Below are positions 1 to 7,841 of a stretch of DNA of 64,000 nucleotides, one piece after another. How positions within the stretch are numbered: position 1 is the stretch's first letter; each line of letters starts with the position of its first letter. A model generated the notes under the pieces. The model was given only the letters and a program-made list of their open reading frames with translations. It did not search any database and was not told the origin of the DNA. Location of the stretch: contig CAKZMG010000213.1 of assembly GCA_937128235.1 (NCBI GenBank), positions 13,255 to 77,254 on the forward strand, read 5' to 3'. A program made the translations under genes and the position numbers. The stretch comes from an uncultured Verrucomicrobiales bacterium. Lineage in GTDB: Bacteria; Verrucomicrobiota; Verrucomicrobiia; Verrucomicrobiales; Akkermansiaceae.

Positions 1-800
1 TTTGTAACTCCACGCTCTTTGTATTCAATGAACTTTTCAGATAGTTCCTTAATAGAAATTGATGGCGTTAGATCAATTTTAGGTATTTCGGGAACGCCAT
101 CGCATTCACTGAAATAAGGATCGTTCACGTTAGATATTCCCTTTTCGAGAAGTTGCAGTGATTTAGAATAGCTTTCAACATACGCTCGTTGATATAAAGA
201 ACGCATTTCCTTAAACTCTTGTTTATCGACCACATCAGGCTCAATACCTATATCAGCTAAATATGAGGAAAGCATAGCGTCCCAGTCCATCTGTTCATAG
301 CTAGGACTCCCTTGTATAATACCTAGATTCTCCTTGATGTTGTCTTTAGCTTCTTCTTTCTCCACCTCTTCCAGACTATCAAAACGCCATTCATTCGCTT
401 TGTTTTCAAGCTCTAAAAAATGGTTAAGTATGATGTTTCTTCTCTCTGGTGCGGAAAGCGAACTGAATTTTCGAGTCGGTTTAGAATCAGAATTTATACG
501 GCGTATAATTTTATCTTCCTTCACCCCCTCTAGCTCTTGCCTTTTTAGAGCAATCTCGTTTTCAATTTTGAAATTCTCAGTTGCTACAATCCTTCTAGCC
601 TCTTTAGGGTCTTTAGTATGAAGCGAATAAATGAAAACCTCTTTAGGGTTGCCTGCTTTATTTAATCCAAAAGCGACTGCTTCCACTAAATCAGTAGGAA
701 TCCGCTTTTTGAAATAGTAAGTTCCGTCTCTTCTTATTGTATATTGCACCTTGTCAGATTTGGTTTGTGTCACAGTCTTAGGTGTCAAATCGTCTTTCAT
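1..800 (-). CDS. Tyrosine integrase of a second tandem element, N-terminal part only (runs off left edge)
   Basis: Manual translation from ATG at 800: MKDDLTPKTVTQTKSDKVQYTIRRDGTYYFKKRIPTDL...LHTKDPKEARR. This parallels the DUF6538-type N-terminus of the 5755 integrase (WYFRKRVPDKL...LRTTDKHKA). Starts 45 bp from the att repeat. Missing from the ORF track because no stop lies in the window. Confidence 0.85.
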   Translation of the reverse strand, partial: MKDDLTPKTVTQTKSDKVQYTIRRDGTYYFKKRIPTDLVEAVAFGLNKAGNPKEVFIYSLHTKDPKEARRIVATENFKIENEIALKRQELEGVKEDKIIRRINSDSKPTRKFSSLSAPERRNIILNHFLELENKANEWRFDSLEEVEKEEAKDNIKENLGIIQGSPSYEQMDWDAMLSSYLADIGIEPDVVDKQEFKEMRSLYQRAYVESYSKSLQLLEKGISNVNDPYFSECDGVPEIPKIDLTPSISIKELSEKFIEYKERGVT

Positions 801-2366
801 AGGTATTGACCTATCAAGGTTTCTAGGTTTTTCAAGGGTTTTAGAACAACATGGCGGAGAGGGAAGGAAGCTCCCCGAACTCCATTCAAGCCTTATTGCT
901 AAAGGGTTTGATAATTCAGAAGGGACACAATGTGTCTCACTTGTGTGTCGCATAGTTGTAAACTCACTATTCAACTCCGTCAATTCCTTTTCTCCTGTGC
1001 TTGGATAGAATACACCGTTTATAACTCTGACTAATCCTTTTGCCTTAGCCATTCTTAATTTATTCCTATGCTCTCTAGTCACTAGACCTACGCCCCCGCA
1101 AATCCTGCCATTGCTCTTGAGTAAGCTTAGTAAATTTTCTGACTCTGGAGAGCAGCCTAGGTTCTTAAACCATCTACAGGAAAAGTGTGTGGTTTTGGCT
1201 AGTTCTTGGGGAGAGTTTTCGTTCCATAGCTCTACATGCTCAAGAAGGGTATTCACTTTCTCTACTGCTCTTGCTTTTAATGCTTCTAGCTTTTGCCTAA
1301 ACTGTAGGTTTGATTGAGCTACATAGCCCCCATCAATCAGTCCATTTTGTTTAGGTGGCTTGTGTGTAACCTCAATGCGTATCCTATTAGAAAGTTTTGC
1401 ATACACTTTGATTGATTCTCCATTAGTTAAAAATAAAGTTAAGGTCTTTGCGTTTTTATCTATATTGAAATCGACAGCCTGTTCATCATGTATTCTATTT
1501 CTTGAATCTCTTCTAAATGCCAAGACTGGTTCTTTTAATCTATCAAGAAACTCTAAAGAATCATCAACGGTAAATTCCCAATAATGTTCGATCTCTTTTA
1601 GTGCGACTTCTTTCCAACTAAAACTTGTATGTATAGAGCCATTAGAAAAGGCGGTGGCATCGTTTAAACTTCCAACTATAGCATTAGACAATGATTCAAA
1701 ATAAAGCCTCTCACAGCGTTTGTATGAGGCTAACGAAGTATTACTGTGAAGAATATTATTGTTTCCATCAAGACTTACTAAGGCGTTCCTGCGCTCCACT
1801 GGAGCGATGATTTTATCTTTCCATGATTCTTCACTAAGTAATCTTTCAAAGTTCAAGTTGTAAGCTCTTGTCGGATTAGTCTCGATACTAGCAGAGGCGT
1901 CTGAAAGCTCTTGATTCGATTTCTTCAAATTTATTCTACCTGTAAAAAGAGGCACTCCCCACGATCTACCGTTAATGGTTAGTGGTGTTTTACGTATGTC
2001 ATTTGAATAGCTGTTATTCATTCCTGCATATGGGCTATTCCTACACAATAAGCCATATAATCGTATAGAATCTTCTCTGTAATGAGTTGGAGCAGCACCT
2101 AGATACATTCTAGTTTGTTCTAGCTCCTCTGGAGTGCTGATCATGAAGCCTAGATTGATCTTTAATTTCATTTTATCCAACCTAGCAGTATTTCCTGAAA
2201 CTCTTGTCTGTGGAGTGTAGTCTTGAAGTAATAGCGTGTGTGTCTCACTACTTCTCTCTCTTATGTCTCCTCTAGTGCGTTCACTGAAAGCCCTTGGGAT
2301 TACTGTTCGTCTCCTTGGTGGTCTTTGTAGTTGATTACTAGGCGTATTTATTATAGATTCACTCAT
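801..2366 (-). CDS. Uncharacterised ~500-aa protein, possibly a Rep_trans-like replication initiator. No stop codon; reads through att into the integrase frame
   Basis: Codon-by-codon reading from ATG at 2366 finds no stop down to 801 (522 codons) and continues in frame into the 800 ATG. Motifs RLDKMKLKIN and IKVYAKLSNRIRIEV loosely resemble Rep_trans initiators. The ORF is well supported; the function is tentative. Confidence 0.7.
845..869 (-). repeat. att core copy (attR of the 6.8-kb element / attL of the second element)
   Basis: aacaacatggcggagagggaaggaa, identical over 25 bp to 7668-7692, which overlaps the tRNA 3' end. Confidence 0.95.
922..952 (+). repeat. Putative integrase arm-type sites (TGTGTCNCA)
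   Basis: tgtgtctca 931-939 and tgtgtcgca 944-952 (13-bp period) plus inverted gggacaca 922-929. The same motif and period occur at 7589-7610. Confidence 0.65.
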
Positions 2367-2430
2367 ATCAAAGTAAGTTATTCAGCCCAGTAGCAACTCT
2401 CACATAGCTCTGGGCTGACTTGTTTTTAAA

Positions 2431-2787
2431 TCATGGCATTATAGGGTCTAAAGGATCGTTTCTAAATGATTGCTTCCCGCCCCACTCGTTAGGGAATCTT
2501 CTTTCTAATATCCACCCCGCCGCCTTCCAGTCTCCAGCGATGGCGGCGTTATCAATATAGCCAAGGAGGCGAAAGGCAGCCTCTCCGTTTGCTTGCTCGA
2601 ATGCCTTCCAAAACTCTCTTAATTCAGAAGAACTATCCTCTTGAACACCCTCTATCCGCCACCTGTTCAGGGTAGAATAAGAAATGCCAGCATAGGAGGC
2701 GGCTTGCTTGTAGGTGAGTCCACGGCGAATTGCTTCACAAACTCTATCAGCTTTTTCCTGAGTGAATGATAAAGGTCTGCCACTCAT
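2431..2787 (-). CDS. Terminase small subunit-like / HTH DNA-packaging-type protein
   Basis: GRPLSFTQE...LTYKQAASYAGISYSTLNRW HTH and C-terminal DWKAAGWILERRFPNEWG, a pattern typical of phage TerS-like proteins. Confidence 0.55.
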   Translation of the reverse strand: MSGRPLSFTQEKADRVCEAIRRGLTYKQAASYAGISYSTLNRWRIEGVQEDSSSELREFWKAFEQANGEAAFRLLGYIDNAAIAGDWKAAGWILERRFPNEWGGKQSFRNDPLDPIMP

Positions 2788-3134
2788 ACGCCCCCCTTAG
2801 TTAGAGATTTAACTTTTCCTGAAAGAATTTGCTCCAAGATGTCCTCTCCGTATTCAGATTTGATAAAGCCCTGCATTCGTTTATTACGACGCTTGGCTAT
2901 CTTTACCGCTTCCTTCTCTACAAACAGGTTAGCACTCGCCCCCGCCTCTCCCTTGGCTAGTTCAAAAGCTCTCTTGTAGCTGCTGTCAGTTTTCAACCAT
3001 TTATAATGAGTTTGACGACTAACATCTGTAAGGAAGCAGGCTTTAGAAATTATACCGAACGAAGCGATGTAAGCTTGAATAAAAAGCTTTTGATTTTGCT
3101 GTTTAGGGCGTTGCCTTGATAGACTTGGTTTCAT
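2784..3134 (-). CDS. Terminase small subunit-like / HTH protein
   Basis: QKLFIQAY...GIISKACFLTDVSRQTHYKWLKTDSSYKRAFELA. 4-bp ATGA overlap with the next gene. Confidence 0.5.
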   Translation of the reverse strand: MKPSLSRQRPKQQNQKLFIQAYIASFGIISKACFLTDVSRQTHYKWLKTDSSYKRAFELAKGEAGASANLFVEKEAVKIAKRRNKRMQGFIKSEYGEDILEQILSGKVKSLTKGGV

Positions 3135-3226
3135 AAAACCAATGTAACCAAATTGACAACCTTTTCAAGTGCGTAACTCCTTTATTTTAAGTCAAAACCG
3201 ATATTTTGTAAAGTTATTTCAGGCTT

Positions 3227-3523
3227 CTATTTTTTGTGTCGTGCTAAGAGTAATGGAATTGCTTTGTCATTCCAAAATTCAGGACATATTCCACCACTGG
3301 ATATTCCCCCATGACTAAAACGCTCAATCCAAAAGGGTTCTAATTGTGTAATTGATTTTTCCGTTACAGTTAGATATTCGTTTTGAATAAGTTCTAGTAA
3401 TCGACTCTTGGTTTTAGGCATCTCAATTTGTTTAAATCGCTCCTTGAGTTCTTCCCACAAATACGCATCACCTCTAAGCCCCCATTGTCTAGGTTCGCCT
3501 TCAAATATTTCTGAAATATTCAT
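3227..3523 (-). CDS. Hypothetical protein (98 aa)
   Basis: Clean ORF packed 5 bp behind the 3529 gene; PRQWGLRGDAYLW motif. Confidence 0.7.
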   Translation of the reverse strand: MNISEIFEGEPRQWGLRGDAYLWEELKERFKQIEMPKTKSRLLELIQNEYLTVTEKSITQLEPFWIERFSHGGISSGGICPEFWNDKAIPLLLARHKK

Positions 3524-3528
3524 AAATT

Positions 3529-4368
3529 CTATAACTTAAACAACCTCCTAGCATCAAAATGTCTTTCAATGTCCTCTAATGATTTTTTAAACAAATCTCG
3601 ATCTTCTCTTGCTTCATGGATGGCTTTACTCAATTCAGCATATATCATCTTCAAACTTGGAAACTCTTCTTTAAAAGAAGGTTTTAATGTGTCGTTATAA
3701 GCATCACCTAATTCATCACCAGTAGGGCGGTCAATACCAACTGCTAAATTTGAGCTTTTCCAAAACTGCTCAATTAGTGTTCTAAGCATAAATAACCCTT
3801 CTAAAATAGCCCCTGTATTGTAGTCTATTACAGCATCAGAGTAATATTTTCTTACACCCTTTGGAATATATTGGGGAGGAACTACAGTTTCAATAGGGGA
3901 ACGTCCTGAAAGAGTCAGTTTTAAGCCTGAGCGAGTAATTGTGAAATCTACGTTTGCATTAGAACATTTTTGGCAGACGAACGAGACCAAGAAAACTTGT
4001 CGAATTGGTGCTTCAAATACTCTTGAAGAACTTACAACACTAGACTCGGCTCTAAAAGCTTCTCTGGATTTACAACAATGACAAAAAGTTTGAATGTTTG
4101 GCAGGTTTATACTGACTTCACTATTACCAGTATTATGAATAGGTTGGCGACGACTGCAATAAACTGACCAAGGAGTGTTTAGAAGATTATTGATTGATTT
4201 GAGCCGTATTCTATCTTGATCTGATTCATTCTTCTCGTGATAACTTGGAAAAATTTCTTTAAAGGAGGATTCTACGCTTTGATAAAGGTGTTTATCACAT
4301 AGTAGCTTTCTAAGCATGTTCAGAATAATATTTTCTAACTCTTCTCTAGTATTCACAATTTTTACCAT
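3529..4368 (-). CDS. Zn-ribbon plus DUF4145/HEPN-like protein (possible defence cargo)
   Basis: CHCC...CQKC cysteine pairs, then YYSDAVIDYNTGAILEGLFMLRTLIEQ and YAELSKAIH segments resembling DUF4145. Confidence 0.5.
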   Translation of the reverse strand: MVKIVNTREELENIILNMLRKLLCDKHLYQSVESSFKEIFPSYHEKNESDQDRIRLKSINNLLNTPWSVYCSRRQPIHNTGNSEVSINLPNIQTFCHCCKSREAFRAESSVVSSSRVFEAPIRQVFLVSFVCQKCSNANVDFTITRSGLKLTLSGRSPIETVVPPQYIPKGVRKYYSDAVIDYNTGAILEGLFMLRTLIEQFWKSSNLAVGIDRPTGDELGDAYNDTLKPSFKEEFPSLKMIYAELSKAIHEAREDRDLFKKSLEDIERHFDARRLFKL

Positions 4369-4426
4369 GTCATATTATATCCAAGTGTTCCAGTTCAAAC
4401 AAATATAATATGTTCAGAATAGAAAA

Positions 4427-5248
4427 CTACTTTACCCCCACAACTTGACCATACTGAATATAAAACCACTGGTTATGAGTCACAGTAGCTCCCAAGCTGT
4501 TCTTGCCTGAGAATTTAGCCCTTACTACCCAATTCTTGCCTAGTGGTGATAACTTAGACCATTCAAGAAACTTGATAGAGTCCTTATCGGTGGCGTTGTT
4601 TTTCACATAGTCAACAACTACTGGAACGGAGGCATTGAACTCGCTTTGGCTTGGCTTTTCTCCAAGTGCAGAAATATATTTTTGACTGCGATCAATTTCA
4701 TCTTTTATACCTTTGCCCCATACATTGTTTTTAAAGCTATCTTCTTCAACGCCACGCCAAATATTCCTTACATTGGTTTTCTTGTGAGTCATGATCAAAA
4801 CCTTACTAGAACGGGAATACTCAACCACTCTTGGGAAAGTAGTTCCTGAATCAAATTTCTCGATATAGTCCACTCGTAAGCGATCTTGAGAATGGTTTTT
4901 CAATAGCCACCTCATAGCTCCATACTGTGTTGTTTTAGATTTAGGTGTGCCATATCCATCAAGCTTTACTATTCCGATATTCAACACAGCGGAATAGTCA
5001 TCAAAAACTACTGTGTCCCCATTGCTTAAAGTTTTCTTTTGTTGCTCTAGCTTGGGTTTCTCAGAAGGAGGCGTGTCATTCACTGGTTTCATCGTGACTT
5101 TCTTTGCTTCTCCTTGCTCACCAGAAGGTTCATTTTTCACAGCCGAGTTCTCTTTTTCTGAGAGATTATTTATTAAAGCAGCAACAATGAAGATGAACAA
5201 TACGATAGCAATACAGCCGAATTTACTTTTTGATTTTTTCGATGACAT
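4427..5248 (-). CDS. Membrane-anchored hypothetical protein
   Basis: Basic N-terminus plus one hydrophobic helix (FGCIAIVLFIFIVAALI), charged linker, soluble C-terminal domains. Confidence 0.75.
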   Translation of the reverse strand: MSSKKSKSKFGCIAIVLFIFIVAALINNLSEKENSAVKNEPSGEQGEAKKVTMKPVNDTPPSEKPKLEQQKKTLSNGDTVVFDDYSAVLNIGIVKLDGYGTPKSKTTQYGAMRWLLKNHSQDRLRVDYIEKFDSGTTFPRVVEYSRSSKVLIMTHKKTNVRNIWRGVEEDSFKNNVWGKGIKDEIDRSQKYISALGEKPSQSEFNASVPVVVDYVKNNATDKDSIKFLEWSKLSPLGKNWVVRAKFSGKNSLGATVTHNQWFYIQYGQVVGVK

Positions 5249-5290
5249 ACGTCAATACTACTTTGTGTGTATGGATGGTAAAGTCTTAAT

Positions 5291-5548
5291 TTGGAGAATG
5301 GCATTGTGCCAATAGAACCTAATTTAGAGTCAAAAGAACTATCGCAAAACATAGGGCGAGCAATAAGGGCTTTAAGAACTGAGCTTGGAGTGTCACAGGA
5401 AAAGTTTTCTGAAATGACAGGACACCACCCGAACTATATTGGTTTTCTTGAAAGAGGGGAAAGAACGCCAAACATCTACACATTGCTAAGAGTGGCGAAA
5501 GCCCTTAAAATGGAGCTTTCTGAATTACTTCAAAAGGCGGGATACTGA
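5291..5548 (+). CDS. XRE-family HTH transcriptional regulator
   Basis: IGRAIRALRTELGVSQEKFSEMTGHHPNYIGFLERGERTPNIYTL; divergent from the leftward operon. Confidence 0.92.
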   Translation: MENGIVPIEPNLESKELSQNIGRAIRALRTELGVSQEKFSEMTGHHPNYIGFLERGERTPNIYTLLRVAKALKMELSELLQKAGY

Positions 5549-5754
5549 ATCCTCAATGCTATAGGCTCCTAGTAGTTCTTTTGCTTTTTCCCCCGCAAAT
5601 GCTGTAATTGCTGTTTCTTGGCTCATACCATTATTCACGGCTCGTCTGATCGTTTGAAGATCAGACATGGCGTTTCCATTAACATCATTCAGCATTTATT
5701 CATAGAGTGGTGCATCATAGAGCGAGCCATCACTAGCTTTTATTGAATTAGGTT

Positions 5755-7629
5755 TCATTTTGAAAACTTTTCAAACGCCTCCTTGCATCCTTCTAAATCC
5801 AGTCCCTCGTAGGAAACTTTATCAATAGCCTCTTTGCGCTTTGCTATGCTAAACCCTTTTCCATATCCCTTTTCAGAACTTCCCTTACTAGACCAGCCTC
5901 CAAGGGCTTCACGCTCTTCTACGCCTACGCCATGATTCATAAGAGAGTCTTTGAAGCTATGACGTAAAGAGTGCATCGCTTTGCCTCCTCTTTGTATCGG
6001 TTCTCTATTGATTTTCAATCTGTGGTGAGCAAACCATTTGCAAACAGCCTGTGCTTTGTCTCCGTCTTTGCCTACTGTAAGACCACCAAACAAAAGTTTT
6101 CTTCTTCTAGTTTTCTTATCTTGGGCATACTCTAAAAAGCCAATACGCATTAGCTCATCATGGATAGGCAGGACTCGTTTACTACTACTATTTTTAAGCC
6201 TCTTTGTATTGCCTTGTTTATCTTCCCCCGCCTCAATATTTAAACACCAAACACCATCTATTTGAACAATATCAGAGGTGAATAATTGACATGCTTCATT
6301 AGCTCTTAGTCCGTGAAATAAGCATAACAGGGGAACCCAAAATCTAGCAGGTTTTGTATTCACCTGAGCAAGGTAAATTTCCAAGTTGAAGAAGTCCTGC
6401 ATTTCTTCGATACTAAGCATCTGTTTTTTCTTAACTATTATTTCAGGCAGTTGGTCTCTGAGCATTTTCTTTGCAAATGGATTGCGGTTTAATAGCTCTT
6501 TATCGGTGGCGTAGTTAAAAAGGCTTGTTACGTCTATGAATAAATCATTTTGACTTTTAGGACTAAGACGCACCTTAGATTTGTATTTCTTCACATACGC
6601 TTGGAGACTAATCGGACTTTTGCTTTTGAAACCTATGGGAATTTGACTGAGGTAATTTATAAATTTCTCAGCTTTAGTAACTGATATAGAGTCAACTGAA
6701 CTATCTTCACCAAAATAATCGGACACTATGCGACAAGCTCTAATTATTTTATCGTGTGTTTTATTAGTGACTTTGCTCTGTTTGAATTTCAGAAAATCAT
6801 CAATTAACTTTTGAATAGAAAATGAGTCTCTATTATATCTTGGGCTTGTGTTTGCATCTGTGATCTTTCCTGTATCATATCCAAGACCTTTAAAGAAAGG
6901 GTCTCTCTCTGCAAATTTGTTTCCATTGATCGCTTCAACATTCCTCCAATAGCTCTCGATAGTTGCACATTTCAGTTTATCTGAAAATCTCACAAACTTT
7001 TCACACGGATTTTCTAAGTTGATTTCACAGCAATCTATTCTCTCTCCATTAAGCAATGAAATAGCCCCTGAATGCCAATCGATAGGTTCATGATGGATTG
7101 AAGTTCCCTCGTGAACACATAAATCTTCCTTAGCTTCTACCACCGCCGCATAAATCAGCTTATCACACAAACGCCCTCGTTCATCCCTATATTCATGATT
7201 TCTCATAACTTGGAACTGATTTTCTAGTCTTGAGAACTCATTCAAAATAAGCTCTTTGCTTTCTATTTGCGTTAGCTGTTCAAATCGTTTTATAAAGGAG
7301 GCTGTATCATCGACTGATTTCCTCATGCTAGAAGTTTCAGGTTTTTTCCTGTGTTTTCTTTCTTCTAGTTCTTTTCTGAGTTCCTCAAGTTCCATGTTCA
7401 AAGCGTTAAGCTTTGAAACGGCTCTAATACTAGCTTTATGCTTGTCAGTTGTTCTAAGACTGCATTTTACTTCAATCCTACCGTAGGCTTTTACTAGTTT
7501 GTCAGGCACTCTCTTACGAAAATACCAAATACCTGAGTTTTTATCACGAATTTCAATATACTTGTCAATCATTGGGCAATCAGTGCTATGTGTCGCACCT
7601 TTGTGTCCCATGTTATCTTTCTTAGCCAT
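5755..7629 (-). CDS. Tyrosine recombinase/integrase with DUF6538-type N-terminus
   Basis: Catalytic motifs HGLRANE, HSLRHSF, LGGWS and GYG. Likely start is ATG 7629 (MAKK) or 7572 (MIDK), not the 7785 start that runs through the tRNA. Confidence 0.95.
   Translation of the reverse strand: MAKKDNMGHKGATHSTDCPMIDKYIEIRDKNSGIWYFRKRVPDKLVKAYGRIEVKCSLRTTDKHKASIRAVSKLNALNMELEELRKELEERKHRKKPETSSMRKSVDDTASFIKRFEQLTQIESKELILNEFSRLENQFQVMRNHEYRDERGRLCDKLIYAAVVEAKEDLCVHEGTSIHHEPIDWHSGAISLLNGERIDCCEINLENPCEKFVRFSDKLKCATIESYWRNVEAINGNKFAERDPFFKGLGYDTGKITDANTSPRYNRDSFSIQKLIDDFLKFKQSKVTNKTHDKIIRACRIVSDYFGEDSSVDSISVTKAEKFINYLSQIPIGFKSKSPISLQAYVKKYKSKVRLSPKSQNDLFIDVTSLFNYATDKELLNRNPFAKKMLRDQLPEIIVKKKQMLSIEEMQDFFNLEIYLAQVNTKPARFWVPLLCLFHGLRANEACQLFTSDIVQIDGVWCLNIEAGEDKQGNTKRLKNSSSKRVLPIHDELMRIGFLEYAQDKKTRRRKLLFGGLTVGKDGDKAQAVCKWFAHHRLKINREPIQRGGKAMHSLRHSFKDSLMNHGVGVEEREALGGWSSKGSSEKGYGKGFSIAKRKEAIDKVSYEGLDLEGCKEAFEKFSK
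7589..7610 (+). repeat. Putative integrase arm-type sites
   Basis: tgtgtcgca 7589-7597 and tgtgtccca 7602-7610, 13-bp period as at 931/944. Confidence 0.65.
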
Positions 7630-7667
7630 TGTGGAATAAGTAAGTATCTGATTATCAGTAAAAAAGC

Positions 7668-7692
7668 AACAACATGGCGGAGAGGGAAGGAA
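7668..7692 (-). repeat. att core copy at the tRNA 3' end (attL)
   Basis: 25-bp identity with 845-869. Confidence 0.95.
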
Positions 7693-7769
7693 TTGAACCA
7701 ACCCGGGACCATAACAGCCCCACAACGGTTTTGAAGACCGCGGCCACCACCAGGCAAGCATCACTCTCC
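7675..7769 (-). tRNA. selC: tRNA-Sec-like (anticodon UCA), 95 nt, encoded CCA; imperfect T and acceptor stems
   Basis: GGAGAGTG...GCGGT-CTTCAAA-ACCGT anticodon arm, long variable arm TGGGGCTG/TGGTCCCG, GGTTCAATTCC T-loop, GCCA end. Confidence 0.85.
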
Positions 7770-7786
7770 ATGTTGAAGTTGCCAAG

Positions 7787-7815
7787 AAACTAGTGCATCA
7801 TGAGGGCTAGTGCAA
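7787..7815 (-). promoter_or_regulatory. Putative sigma70 promoter of the tRNA
   Basis: TTGCAC-17 nt-TAGTTT on the minus strand, 17 nt upstream of the tRNA 5' end. Confidence 0.6.
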
Positions 7816-7841
7816 GAAACAATTATTGATTTTGTTAGATG

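Larger units (their letters stand above)
1..869 (-). mobile_element. Second integrative element in tandem at the tRNA 3'-end att site (partial)
   Basis: att copy at 845-869 immediately followed by an integrase-type N-terminus, the same layout as at 7668-7692. Confidence 0.8.
845..7692 (-). mobile_element. 6.8-kb tRNA-integrated element (phage-satellite-like genomic island)
   Basis: Bounded by 25-bp direct repeats 6823 bp apart. Contains an integrase, XRE regulator, TerS-like genes and a Rep-like ORF; no capsid or tail genes. Confidence 0.9.

Noticed and set aside
2239-2247. Extra TGTGTCTCA arm-like motif inside the Rep-like ORF
   Set aside because: Single copy far from att; compatible with chance
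5696-5698. Possible selenocysteine readthrough in the split small ORF near the tRNA-Sec
   Set aside because: The internal stop is TAA, not TGA
7630-7785. N-terminal extension of the integrase ORF (MATSTW...) from the ORF track
   Set aside because: It runs through the tRNA gene from a TTG lying only 2 nt downstream of the -10 box of the tRNA promoter. Only the att-to-ATG part is considered meaningful.
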